A DNA stretch of 64,000 nucleotides from Bdellovibrionota bacterium (GTDB lineage: Bacteria; Bdellovibrionota_C; UBA2361; OMII01), in assembly GCA_044345405.1 (NCBI GenBank), contig JBIJBE010000013.1, forward strand, positions 1 to 64,000, given 5' to 3'. Below are positions 50,103 through 58,542 of this stretch, piece by piece. The notes under the pieces are model-generated. The model saw only the letters and a program-made list of their open reading frames with translations, was not told the DNA's origin and did no database searches. Made by a program: the position numbers and the translations under genes. How positions within the stretch are numbered: position 1 is the stretch's first letter; each line of letters opens with the position of its first letter.

Positions 50103-50801
50103 CTATCTGTGACCGTGACACACTAAGCAATCGATGCTCGCTCCTCGCTGACGGTGACAGTCGATACACCATCCCATCTTCATCGAGGAAACACGCTCAA
50201 CCTTCTCCATCTCTGGAATCTGGCCGTGACACTCTTGACAGGAGACTCCCGCCTTAACGTGACGCTTGTGATTGAACTTTAGGTAGTCAGGCATGACGTG
50301 GACCTTGACCCACGGAATAGGCTGACCGTTCTTGTAGTATTCCTTGAGCTTCTCGATGTCCTTTTTGCCCTGCTCCGACTTACCGGCAACAAGCGCTCCG
50401 TGACATCCCATACAGGTCTCAACTTCTGGAATCGCCGCGTAGGAAGCCTTAGCCACAGACCAGTGGCAGTACTGACACTCCATCTTGTTCTGCTGAACGT
50501 GGATGACGTGGCTGAAGTTGATTGGCTGCTCTGGCTTGTAACCGCGAGCGCGTTGGGGAGGACCGAAGTAATGGAAATGGTCCCAGATGTTAAGATCCCA
50601 GAGAGCCGCTTGGCCATCGTTGAACACGCCGGTTCGAACACCAACCTTCGGATAGTCTGAGGCCGGAGAGCCAGAGGACTCGGTGCTAGCGTCCTGCGCG
50701 ATAGCCGCAGTCGTCACACTTCCCCCTTTGAATCCAATGAAGAGAGCCGCAACTGTCAGAACACAGGCTCCCGCGAATGCTAATCTGATTTTGTTTATCA
50801 T
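50103..50801 (-). CDS. actA: ACIII pentaheme cytochrome c ActA
   Basis: PEQPINFSH and five CxxCH motifs (CQYCH, CMGCH, CQECH, CIDCH, CLVCH); start placed at ATG 50801. Confidence 0.92.
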   Translation of the reverse strand: MINKIRLAFAGACVLTVAALFIGFKGGSVTTAAIAQDASTESSGSPASDYPKVGVRTGVFNDGQAALWDLNIWDHFHYFGPPQRARGYKPEQPINFSHVIHVQQNKMECQYCHWSVAKASYAAIPEVETCMGCHGALVAGKSEQGKKDIEKLKEYYKNGQPIPWVKVHVMPDYLKFNHKRHVKAGVSCQECHGQIPEMEKVERVSSMKMGWCIDCHRQRGASIDCLVCHGHR

Positions 50802-50960
50802 GGATGAAGCAGATACCAGGAAGGGCCGACTTTCGGTGGCCGGTGATCCCCGAGCCATCGTGTACTGCCCACCTGTGATACAAAAAAGGTGAAGCCATCT
50901 CCCCACGATCTAAGGTACTACTAACGAGACGGGGGAACCGGGCCTAAGGACCTAGAACCT

Positions 50961-50988
50961 TTGACAAATCACGTCTCGGTTGTATCTT
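50961..50988 (+). promoter_or_regulatory. Possible sigma70 promoter for gabD
   Basis: TTGACA-N16-TATCTT in the divergent actA/gabD intergenic region. Confidence 0.4.
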
Positions 50989-51115
50989 CTGGTAAACCGT
51001 GGGCAAATCTTCGCGCTAAGATTTAGATCGAAATGAGAAATATTGAAATATCCCATCGCAACTTAACGACGTTCTAAAATCAATCGGTTACCAACTTCCA
51101 AACGAGAGAGCGTGT

Positions 51116-52552
51116 ATGACACTCACCCCTTCTAAAAATTTCATTAACGGCGCATGGCAAGACTCCTCGTCAGGGGAGACGTTCGCGGTGACAAATCCAG
51201 CGAACGACGAGGTACTTGCACAGGTGCCAGCGCTTGCGCCCAAGGACGTTGAGGAGGCAATCACCACCGCCCACCAAGCTTTTTACGCATGGCGAGAGGT
51301 TACCGCGCGAAAACGCTCCGATATCTTGCTCGCTATCGCGCAAGGGCTCGTGGCTCGAGCGGAGGAATTCGCAAACATAATAACCGCGGAACAGGGCAAG
51401 CCTCTCGCCGAATCTCGCGGCGAGGTTATGTACTCGGCGAACTATTTTAGGTGGTTTTCAGAGGAGGCGGTTCGCGTCAACGGCGATATCATCCCAGCCG
51501 ACGCCCCGAACAAACGGATATTTGTTCTCAAACAGCCAGTAGGAGTTGTCGCCGCGATAACTCCGTGGAACTTTCCGATCGCGATGCTCGCTCGAAAACT
51601 CGGGGCGGCTCTCGCCGCCGGATGCGCGTTTATCGCCAAGCCAGCTCCGGAAACTCCCCTCTCCGCGCTCGCCCTTGCGGAGCTGTGCGCCCTCGCTGGA
51701 GTTCCCGCAGGTGTGTTCAACGTCATTACAGGTGACGCTGAAATGATCGGCTCTCAGCTCATGAAATCTCCACTTGTTCGCAAGGTCACCTTCACGGGCT
51801 CCACCGAGGTCGGTAAGATCCTCATCAGACAATCCGCTGAAACCGTGAAGAAATTAACCCTTGAATTGGGTGGGAACGCGCCATTCGTGGTGTTTGACGA
51901 CGCGAACATCGAACAAGCAGTCGAAGGCGCCATCTACGGTAAGTATCGAAACGCCGGCCAAACGTGCATCTGCGTTAATCGGTTCCTTGTGCACGAGAAG
52001 GTGCAGCAGGCGTTTACCGAGCGTTTAATTGCTCGCTCAAAGGAGCTCGTGGTTGGAGACGGATCAACTCCAACCACAACGGTGGGGCCACTCATCACCG
52101 ATGAGGCGGCGGCTAAAGTAACTCGTTTGATCGAGTCAGCTCGTCGTGAAGGAGCGTCCATTCCACTCGCTCCGGTAGAGAGCTCCCGTGGAAAACGATT
52201 TATCTCACCTACCGTCATCACAGGTGTGAAACCATCAATGTCGATCTGGAGCGAAGAGATCTTTGGACCAGTCAGCGCCATAACGACCTTTACGACAGAT
52301 GACGAAGCTATCACTCTCGCGAACAGCACCCCCCACGGACTCGCCGCGTACGTCTACTCGAACAACCTCTCGCGCGCGATGAAGGTCAGCGAGCGGCTTG
52401 AGTACGGGATGGTTGGCATCAACGATACGGCCATTTCATCGGTTCAAGCTCCATTCGGCGGGATCAAGGAATCCGGATTCGGTCGAGAGGGAAGCAAGTA
52501 CGGGATCGAGGATTATCTCGTGCTCAAGTATCTCTCAGTCGCCATGCCGTAA
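51116..52552 (+). CDS. gabD: NAD(P)-dependent succinate-semialdehyde dehydrogenase
   Basis: ITPWNFP, FTGSTEVG, LELGGNAP, RNAGQTCIC and EEIFGP. Confidence 0.9.
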   Translation: MTLTPSKNFINGAWQDSSSGETFAVTNPANDEVLAQVPALAPKDVEEAITTAHQAFYAWREVTARKRSDILLAIAQGLVARAEEFANIITAEQGKPLAESRGEVMYSANYFRWFSEEAVRVNGDIIPADAPNKRIFVLKQPVGVVAAITPWNFPIAMLARKLGAALAAGCAFIAKPAPETPLSALALAELCALAGVPAGVFNVITGDAEMIGSQLMKSPLVRKVTFTGSTEVGKILIRQSAETVKKLTLELGGNAPFVVFDDANIEQAVEGAIYGKYRNAGQTCICVNRFLVHEKVQQAFTERLIARSKELVVGDGSTPTTTVGPLITDEAAAKVTRLIESARREGASIPLAPVESSRGKRFISPTVITGVKPSMSIWSEEIFGPVSAITTFTTDDEAITLANSTPHGLAAYVYSNNLSRAMKVSERLEYGMVGINDTAISSVQAPFGGIKESGFGREGSKYGIEDYLVLKYLSVAMP

Positions 52553-52553
52553 T

Positions 52554-54251
52554 TCACTGCCTTCGGGAAGGAGATACACTGGCGAGAGCGGGAGCTTCCC
52601 GAAGTTGCTTGGCGACCAAGAGCGCGTCGAGTACCCGCATCTCGTTTGGTCCCCATCCAGAACTCCGCGGTAGGTTGTAGTGCTCTTGAAAGAAGCTCAC
52701 CACCTTCTGCATCTCAGGACCAAACTTTGAGTCAGCGGCTACGGTATAGCCAACCGAGGTGAGTCGCTGCTGCAACATTCGAATTAATGCGCCTTCGTTT
52801 GAGTGAGGTTTGAGCGTTATCGTCCCCGCTCGAACCGGATCCATGAGATCACATCCGCGCGGAGCCGTGCGCTCAAAGACCGCGGTCAACTGTTCAAACT
52901 GTTTCGAATGGGCATACTCGTTGACGGCGCGAGCCCGGCGAATCCACCCCTCAAGGTGGCCGGATTGATCGATCGGGCGCTTAAAGCCCGGCGCTTTCCC
53001 CTGCGAAACCGCCTCGTCGTATTCCTGAATTTTAGCGCTCACTCGCGCGACTTTGTCCCGATGTCGCGCGATACGAACCTCTGTGATCTTGTCACATACC
53101 GCGTCGGCTCCAAGCGCATTCATCGCCTTTACCGTCGCGGAGTCGATCTTAGCGGTCTGAGACACTCCAAGAGCGCTCTGCAAAGCACTCAACGTTGAAT
53201 CCCGGCCACCCAACACTCCCCAATCAAAGAGGAGAAACGCGACCTGCTTGTCCAGAGATTTGAAATCCTGCTTCCAATAGTTTCGAGCGTAGATGTCGAG
53301 AGCCTCATCGTAGGTGAGCGCCTTAATTCGAGCGGTCAGCTCCTCCCCCGAAGGCTTGCGGTCAGCCCCCTCGGTGGCTTTGATGTATTCAGTCATCGCC
53401 ATGCCCGTTATTCCAAAGTTGGTAATCTTCACACTGCCCTGATGCGCCAGATCCTTGGAGTTCTGTGACAATCCACCCTCATGAGTTAGGGAGCGCATGA
53501 CACTTACGAAAAAACTAGGCGCGGGCTGGCTCGGAAGAGGTGACACAAATCGGGAGTTGAGCAGGGCCGGATCAACCGGAACTGGCTTCCACTGCCCGGG
53601 GGTCGTAGCGACATCCGGGCGTTGGGGCGCCGCGGGGATGGTTCGCGGTAAAAACTCGGGAGACTTGCTCGAAACTGTGGACGGCGGAGTCGGCGTGACC
53701 GCGCGTTCGGTTCGTTGCGCGGGTGGCGGCTCCGGAGCGTGAGCAGCACGAGGCTCACGAGCTCCTTGAACGGGAAGAAAGATCGGCTGACCGATCTGTA
53801 AATTCGTTGGAGCGACCTTTGGATTAGCCGCAAGAAGATCGTTAACCGGGATCTTCATCTCAGAGGCGATCTTTCCAATCGTGTCTCCCGCCTTTACGAT
53901 CCTAAAATTCTGTTGCACACCTGGGATACGAAGCGTATGCCCCGGCATCAATTTCGTCGGTTCAAGCTCAGGGTTCTCGGCGAAAAGCGCGCGTACCGGC
54001 ACCTTGAAGCGCGCGGCTATCGTCGATGGATTATCACCAGGCTGTATTCGATACACCGCGATTGGAACAGCGGAGGCATCGGGAGCGGAGGAAGAGGCAA
54101 CCGTGTGAGCTCTGGTTGTCTGAGCCGATGTCATAATCCGCTGAGCCGTCGCGCCACGCTCCGGCATCGAGAGAGCCTCAGAGTGCTTCTCAACCTGCGG
54201 AGCGCCAATCTGCGAAGACGTTCGCGGAGTGGATACTGGATTAGGACTCAT
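52554..54251 (-). CDS. Modular peptidoglycan hydrolase: 2 x LysM, GH108-like lysozyme and peptidoglycan-binding domains
   Basis: LysM motifs YRIQPGD..STIA..F and IVKAGDTIGKIA; HEGG...D...TNFGIT GH108 motif; EGWIRR; C-terminal LQQRL..VGY...DSKFGP. Confidence 0.8.
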   Translation of the reverse strand: MSPNPVSTPRTSSQIGAPQVEKHSEALSMPERGATAQRIMTSAQTTRAHTVASSSAPDASAVPIAVYRIQPGDNPSTIAARFKVPVRALFAENPELEPTKLMPGHTLRIPGVQQNFRIVKAGDTIGKIASEMKIPVNDLLAANPKVAPTNLQIGQPIFLPVQGAREPRAAHAPEPPPAQRTERAVTPTPPSTVSSKSPEFLPRTIPAAPQRPDVATTPGQWKPVPVDPALLNSRFVSPLPSQPAPSFFVSVMRSLTHEGGLSQNSKDLAHQGSVKITNFGITGMAMTEYIKATEGADRKPSGEELTARIKALTYDEALDIYARNYWKQDFKSLDKQVAFLLFDWGVLGGRDSTLSALQSALGVSQTAKIDSATVKAMNALGADAVCDKITEVRIARHRDKVARVSAKIQEYDEAVSQGKAPGFKRPIDQSGHLEGWIRRARAVNEYAHSKQFEQLTAVFERTAPRGCDLMDPVRAGTITLKPHSNEGALIRMLQQRLTSVGYTVAADSKFGPEMQKVVSFFQEHYNLPRSSGWGPNEMRVLDALLVAKQLREAPALASVSPSRRQ

Positions 54252-54373
54252 ACAACCTCATAACAACCGCTGAGGTTATGAGGTGATACTAAGGAGCGGT
54301 TGCACACTTCACGCGAGAGGAAGGAACATATCCTGATTTCTCGCACGATGAGCTACGAAAAGCCCTCATGGAG

Positions 54374-55180
54374 TCATTTCCAAATCGCCTTTGAAACAGC
54401 CTCAGCAATCTCTCGAATGAGCGAACGGACCTGCTCGAAGCCCTTACCACGGACCGTTTTCTCTTCATCCATATAGGTCGCTCGATTAATCTCGAGCATA
54501 AACGAGGTTACTCGCCTATCGCCGTACATTGAGAGTGGAACTACCGTTCCCGCGAAGGGTCGATTAACGCCGAACGTGTAACCGGCCGCGGTAACAATCC
54601 GCCGCACCTCTTCCCTCACCCACTCCGGCGTGTGAATTGGATCGTCACCAAACACGACATCAGCGCGAGGAGCGTCGCCGTATAACTCATATGGCAAAGC
54701 CTTCTCCGGATAGGAATGACAATCGATCAAGACGCATCGTCCGAAGGTCGCGACGACATGCTCAATCCGCTCCGTAAGCGCTTTGTGGTACGGACGATAA
54801 AACTCCTTAAGAAGCGCCTCCCGCTCACGGCTCGTGATATCACGGCGAATGCGCTGCCTTGCGGTGCCGTGTGTGTATACGACTCCCATGCCCTGTTGAG
54901 CCATACACTCCTGGGCATCTTCCTCGAAACGCTCCGGGTCACACACGAATCGACTCACCATGTAGCGCATCAGCGTACCGCCAAGTTCAGCGACCGGCCC
55001 GTAGAGATCATCCGTGAACCAATCAACGAGTTTCCGATTCTCCTCGTGAAGCTCATCCTCGGAGACCATGAACTGATACAGTACGTGCTCAGGAATAAAA
55101 CTCGAACTGTGTGGAATGTGCGCGACAACTGGAACGGTAGGCGAGCTATTCACAATAATTGGATCGGTGCTCGGTTTCAT
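54374..55180 (-). CDS. N-formylglutamate amidohydrolase family protein
   Basis: HIPHSS, DWFTDDLY, SRFVCDPERF, YRPYH, IDCHSY and MLEINR. Confidence 0.88.
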   Translation of the reverse strand: MKPSTDPIIVNSSPTVPVVAHIPHSSSFIPEHVLYQFMVSEDELHEENRKLVDWFTDDLYGPVAELGGTLMRYMVSRFVCDPERFEEDAQECMAQQGMGVVYTHGTARQRIRRDITSREREALLKEFYRPYHKALTERIEHVVATFGRCVLIDCHSYPEKALPYELYGDAPRADVVFGDDPIHTPEWVREEVRRIVTAAGYTFGVNRPFAGTVVPLSMYGDRRVTSFMLEINRATYMDEEKTVRGKGFEQVRSLIREIAEAVSKAIWK

Positions 55181-55707
55181 CGTGACATCTCCACATAATC
55201 AGGTCGGCCCCACGCCGCGTAGTCCCACGTTTTCGGGGCGTATTCATCATTCCAGGGAGCTCGAAGGCTCTCCTTGAATCCGTGTCGACCGTACAGCGAG
55301 GGAAGCTTGCCTCGTGTATCGTAACAACTCAGTTTCCACGCTCCCAGTTCAACCGCGAAGGCTACTAACGCGTCGCCGTAGTGCGCCCCTGGAAGACTGA
55401 AAAGCGAGCCGAGCTCGCCGTCAATTAAGGCCACACCACCTCGCCCATCTAAGGTCAGAAAGAGTCGCGCTCCCTTAGAGGCGTACTCCTCTTGGGAATA
55501 GGGAACGATGAATCCTCGCAGATGAGAGGGAAGAGAATCCCTTGAGACGATAAACTTCTCCATCTCGTGGACAGTGTGACACTCCACTATCGCGCGGGCA
55601 CGAAAGGGCGACGGGCCTCCGTCCATCGGGAATGAGGCAGTGGAGAGGGAGAACACCTCATCCGAAGGAATTTCAGGAACGGGAACGCGATCGAGGTCTG
55701 GCGTCAT
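55177..55707 (-). CDS. Hypothetical protein, divergent GNAT-like domain
   Basis: LSCYD...LPSLYGRHGF resembles GNAT motif B, followed by WNDEYAP..W; its stop overlaps the amidohydrolase start (ATGA). Confidence 0.65.
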   Translation of the reverse strand: MTPDLDRVPVPEIPSDEVFSLSTASFPMDGGPSPFRARAIVECHTVHEMEKFIVSRDSLPSHLRGFIVPYSQEEYASKGARLFLTLDGRGGVALIDGELGSLFSLPGAHYGDALVAFAVELGAWKLSCYDTRGKLPSLYGRHGFKESLRAPWNDEYAPKTWDYAAWGRPDYVEMSR

Positions 55708-55969
55708 TGGCCACCGAACAAAAACAGATTGTCGTAATCGTCAGAAGGTTTTTCCCTGTCGGCGAACCAACGAGAGACTAATCCTCGCCCGGTAGTGATA
55801 CCGAGCTAAAAGCCCCACCGAATTGTGAGACCTTTTGTCTGGGAAGCACCGTGTGTTCGTTGGGAACGAACATCGGCTGCTGTGCGCTTAACCGGGCCAG
55901 AACCCTAGGCGCACTCTTGATTTCGTGAGGACACTACCACGAGACGGTGTGCTTCTTCAATCCGCTGTA

Positions 55970-56557
55970 TCAGGCCGCTCGTTGGACACGCGCCAACGCG
56001 TGCTGCTCTTTGTAACAGGCATAACACGCTGGGAAATATTTCTCCTCGGCACCGAGATCGACCGCGGGACCGGCGAGAGTGGCGACACCATCGATATGCT
56101 TAAGGTTCGTGATCGCTTTACGATTGCAGAACGCGCAGGTCGTTTTGATCTCCTCTATAGAGTCGGCTAACTCGAAGAGTCTGCGAGACCCCTCAAAAAG
56201 TTGAGTGCGGAAATCCGCTCGCAATCCGTAACAGATAACAGGGATATTAAGATCGATTGAGATCTCTCGAAGCTGGTCTATCACCGCGGCGCTACAAAAC
56301 TGCGCCTCATCGACGAGAATGCAACTGACGCCCTCGAAGTTTTTGCGATCCATCTGGGTATCCGCAAGGACCCTGATGTCGGCGTTTTGCTCGATGCCGA
56401 CTCGTGAGCGAATCACCTCAGCGCCAAAACGATCATCGAGCGCGGGCTTGATGAGCACTACCTGCTTTCCCTGACTACGATAGTTATGGGCCACCGCGAG
56501 GAGGTTGAGGGTTTTGGCGCTACTTACAGTGCCGTGTCGGAAATAGAGCTTTGCCAC
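55970..56557 (-). CDS. tdk: Thymidine kinase
   Basis: AKLYFRHGTVSSAKT, VDEAQF, YGLRADF and CAFC...CYAC; start placed at GTG 56557. Confidence 0.95.
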   Translation of the reverse strand: MAKLYFRHGTVSSAKTLNLLAVAHNYRSQGKQVVLIKPALDDRFGAEVIRSRVGIEQNADIRVLADTQMDRKNFEGVSCILVDEAQFCSAAVIDQLREISIDLNIPVICYGLRADFRTQLFEGSRRLFELADSIEEIKTTCAFCNRKAITNLKHIDGVATLAGPAVDLGAEEKYFPACYACYKEQHALARVQRAA

Positions 56558-56587
56558 GCGTGAACTCCGGGAAAATGTCGTCAGGGA

Positions 56588-56616
56588 GGTATAGATTGAA
56601 GGGGCGGGGGATTCAA
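56588..56616 (-). promoter_or_regulatory. Possible sigma70 promoter for tdk
   Basis: The minus strand reads TTGAAT-N17-TATACC about 30 bp upstream of the GTG start. Confidence 0.45.
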
Positions 56617-56680
56617 TGGTTTTTTGAGATGGGGGGATGGGGATGTCGGGAGGGCGAGGCACAACCCACCATCTTACCAC

Positions 56681-56722
56681 GTGAACGTTCACGTTTACGC
56701 GCACGAGCACGTTTACGTGTTA
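56681..56722. repeat. Degenerate hexamer repeat (GNNNAC)n
   Basis: GTGAAC GTTCAC GTTTAC GCGCAC GAGCAC GTTTAC GTGTTA. Confidence 0.75.
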
Positions 56723-56780
56723 ACTCAAATGGAGAGACACTCATCCGCTTTGCCGCGCTTACCTACGTCGGCACAATCCC

Positions 56781-58358
56781 CTACCGACTCAAAATCGTAT
56801 CGGTCGTAATCGACTGCGCGTATGGATAATCCAAGGTGTAGTGAAGCCCCCTGCTCTCTTTCCGCGCGAGGGCTGAGCGAATCACCAATTCCGCGACGAG
56901 ACTCAAGTTGCGAAGCTCTAAGAGGTCCGACGTTACGGTACACTGCCGGTAGTACTCCTGAATCTCACGTCGCATCAGTTCAATTCTGTGAAGCGCTCGC
57001 TCCAAGCGTTTAGTCGTGCGGACGATTCCGACGTAGTTCCACATCGTGCGACGGATCTCATCCCAGTTTTGAGTAATTACAACTTGTTCGTCGCTATCAA
57101 CCGCGCTTCCTGGATCCCATGCCGGGGGTTGAAGGTCACACTTCCGGTCACTCTTGTGCTCAATAGAATGAACCGCGGCTCGATGCCCGAACACGACACC
57201 TTCTAAAAGGGAATTGGAGGCAAGTCTATTCGCGCCATGCAATCCGGTACACGCGCACTCACCTGCCACGTAGAGATCTTGAATATCGGTGCGTCCGAAC
57301 TCATCGCTCATTACGCCACCACAAAGGTAGTGCGCCGCTGGCACTACCGGGATCGGTTCCTTGGTGATATCGAAACCGAACTGAAGACACTTCTGATAGA
57401 TCGTTGGAAAGTGTTCCTTGATAAAATCGGCGGGGCGGTGCGTGATATCGAGAAGCACGTAGTCATCCCCCCGACTCTTCATCTCATAGTCGATCGCCCG
57501 GGCAACCACATCACGAGGAGCTAGCTCAAGCTGAGGATGGTATTTCTGCATGAACGGCTCACCGTTCATCCGAAGAAGCTTCGCACCCTCCCCTCGCATC
57601 GCCTCCGTAATAAGGAAGCTTTTCGCTTGCGGATGGTAGAGACAAGTCGGATGAAATTGGAAGAACTCCATGTTGGCGACCCGAGCTCCCGCTCGGTAGC
57701 ACATCGCGATGCCGTCACCGGTAGCCACATCGGGATTAGAGGTATAGAGGTAGATCTTTCCGGCGCCGCCGGTCGCGACAAGGACCTTGTCCGCAAGGAA
57801 CGGCTCGATAACGCCGTCCTCTTTGAGGACGTACGCTCCGATTACCTTGTTGGGTTGATGGAGATCCCGTTTAAGCTTGTGGGTTGTGAGAAGATCAATC
57901 GCGTTGGTCCCGGTGAAACACTTGATGGACGGATGCTCCTTCACCGCGGCGAGCAGGGTATGTTGAATCTCTGAACCGGTGGCGTCCCCCGCATGAAAGA
58001 TCCTACGTCGAGAGTGTCCGCCCTCACGATGCAGATGGAACTCGCCGTGCTCACCCTTATCAAATTTTGCTCCGAGGGCGACGAGTTCGGCGACCCGTTC
58101 TGGCCCCTCGGTCACCACGATCTCAACGACCTCCCGTTTACACAAACCACCACCACAGACGAGGGTGTCTTGAATGTGGAGGTCGAAGGTGTCGTCAGGC
58201 TCATTAACGGCGGCGATCCCCCCTTGCGCCCATAAGGTCGATGAGAGATTCGGATCCTTCTTGAAGAGCACGGCAACGCTTCCGTGCTCAGCTACCTTGA
58301 GTGCGTAGCTTAAGCCGGCGATGCCGCCACCGATAACGAGGAAATCGAACCGCTCCAT
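56781..58358 (-). CDS. nadB: L-aspartate oxidase
   Basis: GGGIAG, AQGGIA, REGGHS, QFHPT, LITEAMRGEG and GLHGANRLASNSLLE. Confidence 0.96.
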   Translation of the reverse strand: MERFDFLVIGGGIAGLSYALKVAEHGSVAVLFKKDPNLSSTLWAQGGIAAVNEPDDTFDLHIQDTLVCGGGLCKREVVEIVVTEGPERVAELVALGAKFDKGEHGEFHLHREGGHSRRRIFHAGDATGSEIQHTLLAAVKEHPSIKCFTGTNAIDLLTTHKLKRDLHQPNKVIGAYVLKEDGVIEPFLADKVLVATGGAGKIYLYTSNPDVATGDGIAMCYRAGARVANMEFFQFHPTCLYHPQAKSFLITEAMRGEGAKLLRMNGEPFMQKYHPQLELAPRDVVARAIDYEMKSRGDDYVLLDITHRPADFIKEHFPTIYQKCLQFGFDITKEPIPVVPAAHYLCGGVMSDEFGRTDIQDLYVAGECACTGLHGANRLASNSLLEGVVFGHRAAVHSIEHKSDRKCDLQPPAWDPGSAVDSDEQVVITQNWDEIRRTMWNYVGIVRTTKRLERALHRIELMRREIQEYYRQCTVTSDLLELRNLSLVAELVIRSALARKESRGLHYTLDYPYAQSITTDTILSR

Positions 58359-58542
58359 CCCTTTACGATACCCCCCTTACGGCACCGTGTTCAACTACTG
58401 GGGAGATGAGAGATGAGCTTTCTTTCGGTTTCAAACAAAAAGGAGCCAGAATAAACCTTTATTTTGACGGTTTTCGCCCCAGTCAGTACACTCTCTTTGT
58501 TAGCTCACAACCAAGCCACAAAGCCAAAACCGATAACTCGAT

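Noticed and set aside
55842-55956. tRNA gene
   Set aside because: Cloverleaf-like pairing but wrong arm lengths and no properly placed T-loop or CCA end; kept only as a candidate structured element.
52554-56557. Prophage remnant (lysozyme, GNAT-like gene, tdk)
   Set aside because: No integrase, structural, terminase or holin genes and no att-like repeats seen.
56558-56710. N-terminal extension of thymidine kinase (MLVRVNVNVHV...)
   Set aside because: It is a translation of the hexamer repeat and G/C tracts; homology begins at GTG 56557 and a promoter-like motif lies in this stretch.
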